From: Myxococcota bacterium
GTDB lineage: Bacteria > Myxococcota_A > UBA796 > CAJQPC01
DNA length: 64,000 nt
Assembly: GCA_036229005.1 (NCBI GenBank)
Contig: JAZAMN010000006.1
Coordinates: forward strand, 64,001 to 128,000
Direction of reading: 5' to 3'
A model generated the notes under the pieces. That model was given only the letters and a program-made list of their open reading frames with translations, was not told where the DNA came from and searched no databases. Positions 19,236 to 29,326 of this stretch are shown here, in pieces. The translations under genes were made by a program, and so were the position numbers. Position 1 is the first letter of the stretch. Each line of letters starts with the position of its first letter.

Positions 19236-19724
19236 TCAGAGCGAGGGGTGGTCGAAGGGGCTGTTCTTTGGGGAGCGCTCCTGGCGCGACTGGCTCCGCT
19301 CCTCGGGGTCCAGCTCCTGTCCCAGGGGGCCAGGCGGCTCATTGCCACCGCCGATGGGCTGGAAGCCGAACCAGCCCAGCACCGCCTTCTTGATCAGCGG
19401 TGCGGCCGCCCTGCGGGTGAGGGGGATGATCAGCGAGAAGCCCACAAAGTCGGTGAGCACGCCCGGGGTGAGCAGCAGGGCGCCGCCGATCAGCACCATC
19501 AGGCCCTCGATGATGCGGTCGCCGGAGGGGAAGCCCTTGGAGGCCTCGTCCCGGATGGAGCGGAGCACCGAGAGCCCCTCGCGCTTGGCCAGCCACGCCC
19601 CGACGCTGCCGGTGAGGACGATCAGGGCCACCGTCGCACCCGCCCCCATCCACTGGCCCAGTTGGATCAGCAGGTAGAGCTCGATGGCGGGGATGATGGT
19701 GAAGGCGAGGAAGAGCTTCCACAT
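19236..19724 (-). CDS. fxsA: FxsA family membrane protein
   Basis: IPAIELYLLI, G.LLLTPGVLTDFVG. Confidence 0.92.
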   Translation of the reverse strand: MWKLFLAFTIIPAIELYLLIQLGQWMGAGATVALIVLTGSVGAWLAKREGLSVLRSIRDEASKGFPSGDRIIEGLMVLIGGALLLTPGVLTDFVGFSLIIPLTRRAAAPLIKKAVLGWFGFQPIGGGNEPPGPLGQELDPEERSQSRQERSPKNSPFDHPSL

Positions 19725-19754
19725 GGGCGAGTCCGGGGTGTCTGAGCAGGGAGC

Positions 19755-20546
19755 CTATTCACCGAATGCGGCAGCGTGCAGGGCTTTCGCCTGCGCCCAG
19801 AGTCGCTCCAGGGTTTGAGGGCTCTGCTCGTGCAGCACCAGGCCCCCTTGGCGGGCCAGCTCCTCCAGGGTGCGGAAGCGGCCCTCGAAGCGGCGGTTGG
19901 CGTCCTGCAGGAGATCCTCGGGGCCCAGCTCCAGGAAGCGGGCCAGGTTTGCGGTCGACAGCAGCACGTCGCCCAACTCGTGCCGAATGGCCGCGGGGTC
20001 CTGCTGCTCCAGGGCCTCGTCCAGTTCGGCGAGCTCCTCGTCGATCTTCGCGCGGACGCCGGAGACATCGGGCCAGTCAAAGCCCACGTGGGCGACCTTC
20101 TCCCCGACCCGGTGTGCCCGCAGCAGGGCCGGAAGCGTCTTGGGGACGCCGTCCAGGATGGAGCCCTGGGGACCCCGGCGGCGCTGCTTGTCGGCCTCCC
20201 ACTGCGCGATGGTCTCCTTGGCGTCGGCGGGAGGGCGTCCCTGGGCGTCCTGGGCGAACACGTGGGGGTGTCGCCGCACCATCTTGGCCGCGATTCCCGC
20301 GGCGACGCGGTCTAGATCGAACTCCCCGGAGGCCTCGAACATGGCCGAGATCAGCACGATCTGGAAGAGCAGATCCCCCAGCTCCTCCTGGATGGCGGCG
20401 GGGTCGCCGGAGGCGATGGCCTCCAGCACCTCGTGGGCCTCCTCCAGCACATAGGGCCGCATGGACTGCGGGGTCTGGGCCGCGTCCCAGGGGCACTCGA
20501 CCCGCAGGCGCTTCACCACGGCGTGGAGCTCGTCGATGCCCTGCAC
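19755..20546 (-). CDS. mazG: Nucleoside triphosphate pyrophosphohydrolase MazG
   Basis: CPWD, EEAHE, EELGDLLFQ, RRHPHVF, GFDW, ELGDVL, NRRFEGRF. Confidence 0.95.
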   Translation of the reverse strand: MQGIDELHAVVKRLRVECPWDAAQTPQSMRPYVLEEAHEVLEAIASGDPAAIQEELGDLLFQIVLISAMFEASGEFDLDRVAAGIAAKMVRRHPHVFAQDAQGRPPADAKETIAQWEADKQRRRGPQGSILDGVPKTLPALLRAHRVGEKVAHVGFDWPDVSGVRAKIDEELAELDEALEQQDPAAIRHELGDVLLSTANLARFLELGPEDLLQDANRRFEGRFRTLEELARQGGLVLHEQSPQTLERLWAQAKALHAAAFGE

Positions 20547-20590
20547 TTGGCCTCCCTGCGATAGGATGCGGGCCTGTCCCAGGAGGGTTC

Positions 20591-22063
20591 GTGGCCCAGG
20601 CGCCGATCGTGTTCGGGAAGTACCACCTGCTCGAGAAGATCGCCACGGGTGGCATGGCCGAGGTGTTCCGCGCCCGCTCCTACGGCATGGCCGGCTTCGA
20701 GAAGATCCTGGTCATCAAGCGCATCCTGGACCACCTCGGTCAGGACGAGGAGTTCGTCAAGCTCTTCATCGACGAGGCGCGCATCGCCGTCAGCCTCATC
20801 CACGTCAACATCGTCCAGGTCTTTGAGCTCGGCGAGGTCGACGGGGCCTACTTCATGGCCATGGAGTACGTGCACGGGCTGGACCTGGCCCGGCTGGTGA
20901 ACCGCGCCAACAAGGTGGGGCCGGTCCCCATCAACATCGCCTGCTTCATCGTCATCGAGGCCCTCAAGGCCCTGCAGTTCGCGCACGAGCGCCGGGACGA
21001 CGAGGGCGAGCCCATGCACATCGTGCACTGCGACATCTCGCCCCAGAACATCCTGATCTCCTTCTCGGGCGAGGTGAAGATCACGGACTTCGGCATCTCC
21101 CGCGCCAGCTTCCAGGCGGATGAGCAGCACGACGTCATCCGCGGCAAGTACGCCTACATGTCCCCCGAGCAGGTCGAGGGCCGGCCGCTGGATGGCCGCA
21201 GCGATCTCTTCTCCATCGGCATTGTGTTCTATGAGCTGCTGACCGGGCGGCGGCTCTTCAAGGCCCGCAACCGAGATGAGACCCTGGCGCGGGTCAAGCG
21301 CGCCGAGGTCCCCAGCGCCCGCAGCTTCCGGCCCGAGCTCTCCGAGGACCTCGAAGACCTGCTGCTCCGGGCCCTCGCTCGCCGCCCCGAGCACCGCTAC
21401 CAGGACGCCGCCGAGATGCTGGACGCCCTGTCGGCCCTGGTCGTCCGAGAGGGGCATCGGGCCAACAACAACGACCTCGCTGGCTACATGAAGGCCACCA
21501 TCGAGGCCGCCAGCGCCAAGGCCAAGGGGGAGAAGCCCGCGCGTCGACGCGCCTCCCGGAGCATGCCGCCCTCCGCGGTCGTGGTCCTGGCGGTAGAGGC
21601 CGCGCCCCCGCCCCGCAGCATCGCCGCCCCCCGCCCCCCCCTCAAGGACCTCAGCCTGGAGTGGGCCTCCATCGTGGACGACCGCGGCGGCGAGGTCTGG
21701 GAGCGGGAAGAAGGCAGCCTGCTGGTTGTCTGGGTCGCCCGAGGCGGCCTTCGTGAGACCGTCAGCCGCGCCGTGCAGACCGCTCTGGACATGCAGCAGG
21801 CCACGCTCCGGGCGGGGTACCGACTCAGCGCCGGGGTCGCGCCCGGGGTCGCGCGGATCTCACCGGACTCCCGTCGCCCCGCGGACGGCTGGGAGCTGGC
21901 CGGGCCCTTCTACCTGGCCCGCTGGATGATGAACCTCAGCGCCCACCGGGGGCGGGTCCTGCTCACCGAGGTCGGCCGCAAGCAGGTCAACCGCCGCAGC
22001 AGCCTGCTCGGCCGGATTCCCATCCAAGGCAACCGCTACATCAACCTCTACGAGCTGGGCTGA
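20591..22063 (+). CDS. Ser/Thr protein kinase with C-terminal degenerate class III cyclase-like domain
   Basis: GGMAEV, IKR, HCDISPQN, DFG, YMSPEQ, SDLFSIG; no TM; cyclase-like secondary-structure pattern in the tail. Confidence 0.9.
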   Translation: MAQAPIVFGKYHLLEKIATGGMAEVFRARSYGMAGFEKILVIKRILDHLGQDEEFVKLFIDEARIAVSLIHVNIVQVFELGEVDGAYFMAMEYVHGLDLARLVNRANKVGPVPINIACFIVIEALKALQFAHERRDDEGEPMHIVHCDISPQNILISFSGEVKITDFGISRASFQADEQHDVIRGKYAYMSPEQVEGRPLDGRSDLFSIGIVFYELLTGRRLFKARNRDETLARVKRAEVPSARSFRPELSEDLEDLLLRALARRPEHRYQDAAEMLDALSALVVREGHRANNNDLAGYMKATIEAASAKAKGEKPARRRASRSMPPSAVVVLAVEAAPPPRSIAAPRPPLKDLSLEWASIVDDRGGEVWEREEGSLLVVWVARGGLRETVSRAVQTALDMQQATLRAGYRLSAGVAPGVARISPDSRRPADGWELAGPFYLARWMMNLSAHRGRVLLTEVGRKQVNRRSSLLGRIPIQGNRYINLYELG

Positions 22064-22065
22064 GC

Positions 22066-23190
22066 GTGGCGCTCTCCCTGGGGCGCCGTCTGGCCTACAG
22101 CGGCGTCATGGCGCTGTGTCTGCTCGGGCTGGCGGAGGGGGTGGCTCGAGCCGTCTACACCCCCAGCGCTCCCCCCGAGGCGGTCGGGACTGGGATGGTG
22201 CCGCACCCCACGCGCATCTGGGGCCTCCAGCCGGGCGTCAACCAGAGCTTCGGGATCACCGTCACGGTCAACGAGCTGGGGATGCGGGAGCCTGTCGCTT
22301 CGGCGCCGGACGGGGCTCCGCGGATCCTTACCTTGGGGGACAGCAGCATCTATGGGCACGGTGTGCCGGATGGGCTCACCCTCCACGATCAGCTCCAGTC
22401 GGAGCTCTCTGCACGGGGGGTCATCGCCGAGGTGCTCTGTGGTGGGGTCCCCGGGTATTCGATCCTCCAGACCCGCGTCTTCATGGACGAGGTGGGCTGG
22501 GATCTGGCCCCTGATCTCCTCGTCGTGGCCAACCAGTTCAGCGACATGGCGCCGGAGACCTTCAGGGACAGCGTTGTGCTGCAGAGCTTGAGCTCACCCA
22601 CGGTCCGCCTCGACCGGACCCTGCAGAGTCTGGCCCTCTACGGACTGCTCAGGCAGCGGATCGCGCGGGCGAAGGGGGTCCCGGAGTTCGCCGCGGTGGG
22701 CTGGCCGGAGCCAAACAAGACCGGGCAGGCGCGGCTCTCCCCGGAAGAGTACAAGGGGGGAATTGAAGGCCTGCTGCTGGAGGCACACGCGCGCGGGGTA
22801 GGGGTTGTGATGCTGCGCCTGCCCGAGCGACGCGCCTATGAGCAGGGGTTCCAGACCCCCTATGGCGTCGGCATGATGGAGCTGGGGGAGGCCTGGGGCG
22901 TGCCCGTGCTCGCCGTCGACGAAGAGTACAGGCGCTCCGGACTTTCGGCGGAGGCCCTGTACCTGGACAACGTCCACCCGACCGACCGGGGGCACGCGCT
23001 GATCGCACAAGGTCTGGCCCAGGGGCTGGTGGATCACGGCTTCCCCGAGCAGGTCCCGGTCCCGGCGGCGGAGCCCACCAAGGAGGTCATCATCCTCCCG
23101 CAGCAGGCCAGCGGAGCGAGCATCTCGCCGGTGTTCGAGCTCTTCCTGGGCGCCCCCGGGGGGACGCCCGCTGCCCCAAGGGCTCAGTAG
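22066..23190 (+). CDS. Membrane-anchored SGNH/GDSL hydrolase
   Basis: LGDSSIYG, GVPGYS, DNVHPT..GH; N-terminal TM ending EGVAR. Confidence 0.88.
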   Translation: MALSLGRRLAYSGVMALCLLGLAEGVARAVYTPSAPPEAVGTGMVPHPTRIWGLQPGVNQSFGITVTVNELGMREPVASAPDGAPRILTLGDSSIYGHGVPDGLTLHDQLQSELSARGVIAEVLCGGVPGYSILQTRVFMDEVGWDLAPDLLVVANQFSDMAPETFRDSVVLQSLSSPTVRLDRTLQSLALYGLLRQRIARAKGVPEFAAVGWPEPNKTGQARLSPEEYKGGIEGLLLEAHARGVGVVMLRLPERRAYEQGFQTPYGVGMMELGEAWGVPVLAVDEEYRRSGLSAEALYLDNVHPTDRGHALIAQGLAQGLVDHGFPEQVPVPAAEPTKEVIILPQQASGASISPVFELFLGAPGGTPAAPRAQ

Positions 23191-23618
23191 GTCTGGGGGA
23201 TGACGGTCACGACATCCCAGTCCTCGTAGGTGTCGTAGGCGATGAAGTCGACCTGGTAGCCGCCGTAGTAGCAGTCCACGTTGGTGCTGTACTGCAGCCA
23301 GTCGGAGAACCAGATGTCGGGGTCCGGGGTCTCGCGGTAGAGCTCGAAGCTGTCGATGAAGTTGCCGTAGGGGTCGTAGATGTCCGCGTACACGCCGGTC
23401 AGGTCTGTGCGACCGTTGTCGTCGTAGACCTCCGCCTCGAACCACCAGATGAAGTCCTGGTTGTAGTCGTCCCAGTAGCAGCCACTGTCGGCCCACGCGA
23501 TGGTGGGGGTGTAGTTCACGTAGACCGGGTCGCGGTCAGGCCCGTCGTTGTCGTTGTAGACCACGCAGCCGGAAGCGAGGGAGAGGGCGGCCAGGGCGGT
23601 GAGAAGGCGAGCGGTCAT
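23184..23618 (-). CDS. Asp/Tyr/Trp-rich lipoprotein, unknown function
   Basis: Lipobox ASGC; strong GC3 codon bias. Confidence 0.75.
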   Translation of the reverse strand: MTARLLTALAALSLASGCVVYNDNDGPDRDPVYVNYTPTIAWADSGCYWDDYNQDFIWWFEAEVYDDNGRTDLTGVYADIYDPYGNFIDSFELYRETPDPDIWFSDWLQYSTNVDCYYGGYQVDFIAYDTYEDWDVVTVIPQTY

Positions 23619-23739
23619 GGCATCTCCGTGGTGTGCCGTGACAGACGGGGGTCAGAGGGCTTCATTCAAGCCGATCCCAAAATCGGGGTGCTTTCTTTGG
23701 CAGGATAGTGGACCCGCTCCCCCTCGGCACCCCGGCGCA

Positions 23740-26700
23740 ATGGCTTTCGCACACCTGCACGTCCACTCCCAGTTCTCCCTGCTGGATGGGGCGATCCCGA
23801 TCAAGAAGCTGGCCCCCGCAGCGGACGCCCTCGGGCTGAACGCGGTGGCACTCACGGACCACTGCAACCTCTACGGCGCGGTGCCTTTCCACAAGTCCAC
23901 CAAGGGCACCGGGGTGCACCCCGTGTTCGGTTCGGGCATCTGGATCCAGGAGGAGGGGCAGGACTACCAGGACCCCCAGGGGCAGCTCGGCGGCTACCAC
24001 CTGCTGCTGCTCATCAAGGACGAGCACGGCTACAAGAACCTCTGCAAGCTCATCACCGACGCCATCTTCGACGGCATGTTCTACAAGCCGCGGGTGGGCC
24101 TGGAGCACCTGCGCAAGCACAGCGAAGGGCTGATCTGCCTGACCTCCGGCATGCGGGGGCCCGTCCGGGGGCTGCTGGCTGCGGGGGAGGCTGACAAGGC
24201 GCGGGCGCGGACCGAGCGCCTCGCGGAGATCTTCGGGGACCAGCACCTCTACCTGGAGCTGCAGGACGTCGCCTTCCAAGGAGATGACCTCGCGAACGAG
24301 GGGTGCAGGACCCTGGCCCAGGACCTGGGTCTCCAGACGGTGGTCACCAACAATGTGCACTACCTCAAGGCCAAGGACGCCGTGACCCTGGACGTGCTCC
24401 AGTGCATCGGTCGGGGTGTCTCGCTCAATGATCCCGGGCGCCTGCGGCCGGTCACAGACCAGCTCTACCTCAAGTCCGAGGACGAGATGCGGGCCCTCTT
24501 CCCGGAGGACCAGGCCGCCTGCGACCGGACGATGGAGATCGCGGAGCGCTGCACATTCAAGTTCACCTACGGGACCTACTACTTCCCCGCGAGCACGCCT
24601 CCGGACAAGGGCGAGGACACCCAGGCCAACTGGGCCTTCTTCTACAACGCCTTCCCGCCGCCCAAGGACTTCGGGCTCCCCCTGGACGGGACCGTGCCGC
24701 CCATGCCCGAGCCCGGCACCGGCAGCCTGGAGGGCTACTTCAAGTGGTACTCCCGAGAGGGCCTCAAGCTGCGCCTGCAGCGCGTCCCCGAAGAGCAGCA
24801 CCCCGTCTACTGGGAGCGCCTGCAGATCGAGTTCGACATCGTCCTGTCGATGGGCTTCCCGGCCTACTTCCTGATCGTGGCCGAGTTCATCAACTGGGCC
24901 AAGGACCATGACATTCCCGTGGGCCCCGGGCGTGGCTCCGCCGCCGGATCGTTGGTCGCCTACGCGCAGCGCATCACGGACATCGACCCCATCCGCTTCG
25001 ACCTGCTCTTCGAGCGCTTCCTGAACCCGGAGCGCGTGTCGATGCCCGACGTCGACGTCGACTTCTGCCAGGACCGCCGAGAGGAGGTCATCGAGCACAC
25101 CCGGCAGAAGTACGGGCCCGAGTTCGTCGCACAGATCATCACCTACGGAAAGCTGCAGGCCAAGCTCGCCATCCGCGATGTCGCCCGCGTCTGCGACACC
25201 ACTTTCAACGACGCCGACCGCATCGCCAAGCTCATCCCCGACGAGCTGGGCATCAAGCTGCAGGACGCCCTGGACAAGGAGGAGCCGCTCCAGGCCCTGC
25301 ACGAGGGCGACCCCAAGACCCGCCGCATCTACGACCTGGCGCTCTCCGTCGAGGGAATGACCCGTCAGACCGGCGTGCACGCTGCGGGCGTCATCGTCGC
25401 GGATCGGCCCCTGGTCGAGCTGGTCCCGCTCTACCGAGACGGCCCCGAGGGCGGCCCGGTCGTCCAGTTCGAGATGAAGTCCGCCGAGGGCGTCGGGCTC
25501 ATCAAGTTCGACTTCCTGGGTCTGAAGACCCTGGACCAGATCCGCGACGCCGTGCTCATGATCGAGCGCAACACCGGCGAGAAGATCGACATGTCGGCCA
25601 TCCCCACGGAGATGTCCGAGAACGGCGGGGACGAGACGGCGGACGTCACCTACAAGATGCTCCAGGAGGGCGACGCCCTGGGCGTGTTCCAGGTCGAGTC
25701 CTCGGGCATGCGCGAGCTGCTCACCAAGCTGCGGCCCACCTGCCTGGACGACGTCGTGGCCCTGGTGGCCCTCTACCGGCCCGGTCCCCTCAACGCGGGC
25801 ATGGTCGATGACTTCATCGACCGAAAGCACGGCCGCCAGGAGGTCGTGTACCCGGTCCCCGCGCTGGAGCCGATCCTCAAGAACACCTACGGCGTCGTCG
25901 TCTACCAGGAGCAGGTCATGCAGATCGCCCAGGTGATGGGCGGCTACTCCCTGGGACAGGCCGACCTGCTGCGCCGCGCGATGGGCAAGAAGCAGGCCGA
26001 GGCCATGGCCGAGCACCGGGGCATCTTCTGTGACGGCGCGGACAAGAACGGCTTCGACCGCAAGAAGGCCGAGGACATCTTCGACCTGCTCGCCCAGTTC
26101 GCGGCCTACGGCTTCAACAAGAGCCACTCCGCCGCCTACGGCTACGTCAGCTACCAGACCGCCTGGCTCAAGGCCAACCACCGCGCCGAGTACATGGCCG
26201 CGCTGATGAGCATCGAAGCCGCCAACACCTCCAAGATCCTGGTCTACATCGGCGACTGCAAGCGGGCCGGCATGAAGGTCCTCCCCCCCGACGCGAACGA
26301 GTCCCAGTGGGCCTTCGACGTGCCCAAGGACGACCGGAACACCATCCGCTACGGCCTGGGCGCTCTCAAGGGCCTGGGCAAGCACGCCGTCGAGGCCCTG
26401 ATCGAGGCCCGCGTCGAGGCCGGCGGGCGCTTCAAGGACCTGATGGATTGCTTTGAGCGCCTGGACTACAAGCGCGTCAACAAGAAGGCCCTGGAGGCCC
26501 TCATCAAGTCCGGCGCATTCGACTGGACCGGAGAGTCCCGCGCCGCCCTGTTCAGCGGGATGGAGGCCGCGATGTCCACCGCCCAGCGGGCTCAGGCGGA
26601 CAAGGCCTCCGGACAGGTTGGTCTCTTTGGAGGGATGGCTGCGTCCGCCCCCAAGCCCGGTTTCCGCCTCCCGGTCGTCGCGGAGTGGTCCATCATCAAG

Positions 26701-27327
26701 GAGCTCAGCGCCGAGCGCGAGGCCATCGGGTTCTTCCTCAGCGGACACCCGGTGACCTCGTACAAGCAGACCGTGGACCGCTACACCAGCGGGAAGATCG
26801 TCCACCTGCCCACCAAGCAGGCCGAGGCCGAGGTCAAGGTCGCCGGCATGCCCGACTCGGTCAAGGTCGTGCGCACCAAGCGCGGCGACAAGATGGCCTT
26901 CGTCGAGTTCTCCGACGAGACCGGCAGCCTGGAGGTCGTGTTCTTCTCCGACCCCTACGCGCGCTCCGCCCGGCTCCTCAAGGATGGCGTCCCCATCGTC
27001 ATCGCCGGCACCCTCGAGAAGAGCGCGGATGGCGTCAAGATCATGGGCGACTCCGTGCAGTCCCTGTCCGAGCTGCGCGCCAAGACCACCCGGGAGGTCC
27101 GCATCACGGTGGACGCAAAGAGCCTGTCCTCGCATGTGCTGCGGCAGCTCAAGGGTGTGCTGGCAGAGCGTGGTGGTAGCGTTGGGTGCCGGATCCACGT
27201 GCGCAAGCACGGGCACTCCGAGGTCATCCTCCAGCTCCCCGAGTCCATGAACGTGCAGCCCGACGATGAGCTCCAGGACCAGGTCGACGCCCTCTTCAAG
27301 AAGCGCGGCACCGTGAGGTTCCTGTGA
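23740..27327 (+). CDS. dnaE: DNA polymerase III alpha subunit
   Basis: HLHVHS..SLLDG, GPGRGSAAGS, FERFLNPER.SMPDVDVDF, KFDFLGL, YGFNKSH, OB fold. Confidence 0.98.
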   Translation: MAFAHLHVHSQFSLLDGAIPIKKLAPAADALGLNAVALTDHCNLYGAVPFHKSTKGTGVHPVFGSGIWIQEEGQDYQDPQGQLGGYHLLLLIKDEHGYKNLCKLITDAIFDGMFYKPRVGLEHLRKHSEGLICLTSGMRGPVRGLLAAGEADKARARTERLAEIFGDQHLYLELQDVAFQGDDLANEGCRTLAQDLGLQTVVTNNVHYLKAKDAVTLDVLQCIGRGVSLNDPGRLRPVTDQLYLKSEDEMRALFPEDQAACDRTMEIAERCTFKFTYGTYYFPASTPPDKGEDTQANWAFFYNAFPPPKDFGLPLDGTVPPMPEPGTGSLEGYFKWYSREGLKLRLQRVPEEQHPVYWERLQIEFDIVLSMGFPAYFLIVAEFINWAKDHDIPVGPGRGSAAGSLVAYAQRITDIDPIRFDLLFERFLNPERVSMPDVDVDFCQDRREEVIEHTRQKYGPEFVAQIITYGKLQAKLAIRDVARVCDTTFNDADRIAKLIPDELGIKLQDALDKEEPLQALHEGDPKTRRIYDLALSVEGMTRQTGVHAAGVIVADRPLVELVPLYRDGPEGGPVVQFEMKSAEGVGLIKFDFLGLKTLDQIRDAVLMIERNTGEKIDMSAIPTEMSENGGDETADVTYKMLQEGDALGVFQVESSGMRELLTKLRPTCLDDVVALVALYRPGPLNAGMVDDFIDRKHGRQEVVYPVPALEPILKNTYGVVVYQEQVMQIAQVMGGYSLGQADLLRRAMGKKQAEAMAEHRGIFCDGADKNGFDRKKAEDIFDLLAQFAAYGFNKSHSAAYGYVSYQTAWLKANHRAEYMAALMSIEAANTSKILVYIGDCKRAGMKVLPPDANESQWAFDVPKDDRNTIRYGLGALKGLGKHAVEALIEARVEAGGRFKDLMDCFERLDYKRVNKKALEALIKSGAFDWTGESRAALFSGMEAAMSTAQRAQADKASGQVGLFGGMAASAPKPGFRLPVVAEWSIIKELSAEREAIGFFLSGHPVTSYKQTVDRYTSGKIVHLPTKQAEAEVKVAGMPDSVKVVRTKRGDKMAFVEFSDETGSLEVVFFSDPYARSARLLKDGVPIVIAGTLEKSADGVKIMGDSVQSLSELRAKTTREVRITVDAKSLSSHVLRQLKGVLAERGGSVGCRIHVRKHGHSEVILQLPESMNVQPDDELQDQVDALFKKRGTVRFL

Positions 27328-28091
27328 GGCCCTGGCTCCTCTTGCCCCTGCTGGCGCTGCCTGCCCTCGCGGCGCCTGTACACGAAGCGCTCTCCCAAGG
27401 CCACGTGGACTGGACCCGGGGCGTGCTGGTCGTGACCGCGAGCGGGGAGCCCTCCGCGGGAGCCCCCAAGGCGCTGGAGATCACCGAGCAGCAGGCCCTC
27501 AACCGCCTCCAGGCCCGCGTGCTGGAAGAGCAGCGTCTGGTCCGCCTCAGCAGCCAACAGAGCGTCGGCCAGCGCATGCAGGAAGGCGACGAGCTCTCCG
27601 CCATGCTCATGGACAGCGCCGGGAACTTCACGATCTCGGAGGCCCGCTACTACGCCTCCGGCCGCGTTGAGCTGACCGCCGAGCTGCCCCTGCAGTCGTG
27701 GCTCCGGCCTGTCCTCGTCGCCGAGGCCCACGGCAAGCCCGCTGAGGGGAGCTCCGAGTACAGCGGTGTGGTCATCGATGCGCGGGGCCTTTCCCTTCGC
27801 CCCTGCCTCTCTCCGCGGGTCCTGGACAGGGAAGGGGAGGTGCTCTACAGCCTCTCCGAGCTCAGTCCCGACACCGCCAAGGATCAGCTCCCTGTCGCCT
27901 GGGTAGGGGATCCGGCTGACGGCGAGGCCATTGGCAGGGCAGGGGACAATCCGCTCTTTCTGTCTGCGGACTCTGCGGCTCGTGGCGGGGACGTCGTGCT
28001 CGATCCCGAGGCCGCCCAGCGCTTCTCCGAGGCCGTGAAGAGCGGGGATCTGCTCGCGAGCGCCCGGCTCGTCATCGTGGCGGACTCGTGA
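27324..28091 (+). CDS. Exported protein, LPP20-like family
   Basis: Signal peptide; VDWTRG, YSGVVIDARG..P.LSPRVLD, RAGDNPL. Confidence 0.6.
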   Translation: MRPWLLLPLLALPALAAPVHEALSQGHVDWTRGVLVVTASGEPSAGAPKALEITEQQALNRLQARVLEEQRLVRLSSQQSVGQRMQEGDELSAMLMDSAGNFTISEARYYASGRVELTAELPLQSWLRPVLVAEAHGKPAEGSSEYSGVVIDARGLSLRPCLSPRVLDREGEVLYSLSELSPDTAKDQLPVAWVGDPADGEAIGRAGDNPLFLSADSAARGGDVVLDPEAAQRFSEAVKSGDLLASARLVIVADS

Positions 28092-29326
28092 TCCGCCGGC
28101 GTCCCAGCAGCCACCGCGGCGCAGCACCCCGTCGTCCCCGCGCCCGCCCTGCGCCTCAGCGGCAGGTCTCCAACCGGGAGCGCATCTTCTGGATCCTGGG
28201 CCTGCTGGGCCTGGGCATCGTCATCTTCTACCTGCTGCGCAGCCTCTTCGCGATCCTGCTCGCCAGCGTCATCTTCGCCTACTTGCTGGACCCGGTCGTC
28301 GACCGCTTGCAGGCCCGGGGCTTGGGGCGGGAGGCCGGCATCGCGGTGGTCTTTGGCGGCCTGATCCTGAGCTTCACTCTGGGGCTGCTCCTCTTGGTCC
28401 CGATGGTGGCCAGGGAGTTTGCGGAGCTGTCGGTCAACCTCAGCAACTACATCGACGAGCTGGCCATCCGCCTGACCCAGGCCCGGGTCTGGCTGGAGAC
28501 CCAGACCGGCTACACGCTGCCCGTCACGGGCGAAGAGCTCCTCCACGAGCTCTTCCAGGGCGTCGAAGAGGGCGCCGCCGACAAGACCGGCGACACCTCG
28601 GGCATCTCGGACGTGCTCACACAGGCCGCCCCCAACGTCGGGCGCTGGGTCGGTGGGGCCCTCGCCAGCGCGCTCACGGGCGGCGTCACCGTCATCCTGG
28701 CCGTCCTGAACTGGCTGCTGCTGCCCGTCTTCTCCTTCTACCTGCTGCGTGACTGGGACCTGCTCGTCGACGGCGTGGACGAGCTCATCCCCCACAGCCA
28801 CCGACCCACCGTCCGGCGCCTCGCCAAGGCCATCGACGGCCGCCTGAGCGCCTTCGTTCGGGGGCAGATCCTGGTGGCTGGCGGGCAGGGCGTCATCTAC
28901 GCCATCGGCCTGCTCATCTCCGGCATCGACCTCGCCATCGCGGTCGGCCTCGCTGCCGGTGTGCTCGCGGTCGTCCCCTACCTGGGGACCATCGTCGGCA
29001 TCGGCCTCGCCAGCCTGCTGGCCATCCTCAAGTTCGGCCTGTCCTGGCACCTGCTCGCGGTCTGGGGCACCTTCGCCGCCGCCCAGGTCGTCGAAGGCCT
29101 CTACCTCACCCCCAAGATCCTCGGCGATCAGGTCGGCCTGCACCCGCTCGTGGTCATGCTCGCGGTCATCGTCGGCGGGTCCATCTTCGGGGTCGGCGGC
29201 ATGCTCTTGGCCATCCCGGTCACCGCCGCTGCGCTGGTGCTGGTCGAGGAGTGGATCGAGCGCTACCGCGGCAGCCGCTTCTTCTCCGAGAAGTCCGGCC
29301 TCGCGGGACCTCCTCGTGGGTCTTGA
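28088..29326 (+). CDS. AI-2E (PerM) family transporter
   Basis: AYLLDPVV, FYLLRD, FVRGQ, VPYLG, TPKILGDQVGLHP. Confidence 0.92.
   Translation: MIRRRPSSHRGAAPRRPRARPAPQRQVSNRERIFWILGLLGLGIVIFYLLRSLFAILLASVIFAYLLDPVVDRLQARGLGREAGIAVVFGGLILSFTLGLLLLVPMVAREFAELSVNLSNYIDELAIRLTQARVWLETQTGYTLPVTGEELLHELFQGVEEGAADKTGDTSGISDVLTQAAPNVGRWVGGALASALTGGVTVILAVLNWLLLPVFSFYLLRDWDLLVDGVDELIPHSHRPTVRRLAKAIDGRLSAFVRGQILVAGGQGVIYAIGLLISGIDLAIAVGLAAGVLAVVPYLGTIVGIGLASLLAILKFGLSWHLLAVWGTFAAAQVVEGLYLTPKILGDQVGLHPLVVMLAVIVGGSIFGVGGMLLAIPVTAAALVLVEEWIERYRGSRFFSEKSGLAGPPRGS

Noticed and set aside
19236..20546. mazG-fxsA as an anti-phage module
   Set aside because: Both are ordinary full-length housekeeping-type proteins with no defence context
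24585..24735. Intein in dnaE
   Set aside because: Too short; no N-terminal Cys/Ser block or His-Asn terminus
23662..27216. 1184-aa antisense ORF over dnaE (also 52371-54704 over lon, 14332-17814, 8021-10477, 55013-56341)
   Set aside because: Shadow ORFs caused by high GC3 codon bias; no motifs, while the opposite strand has clear genes
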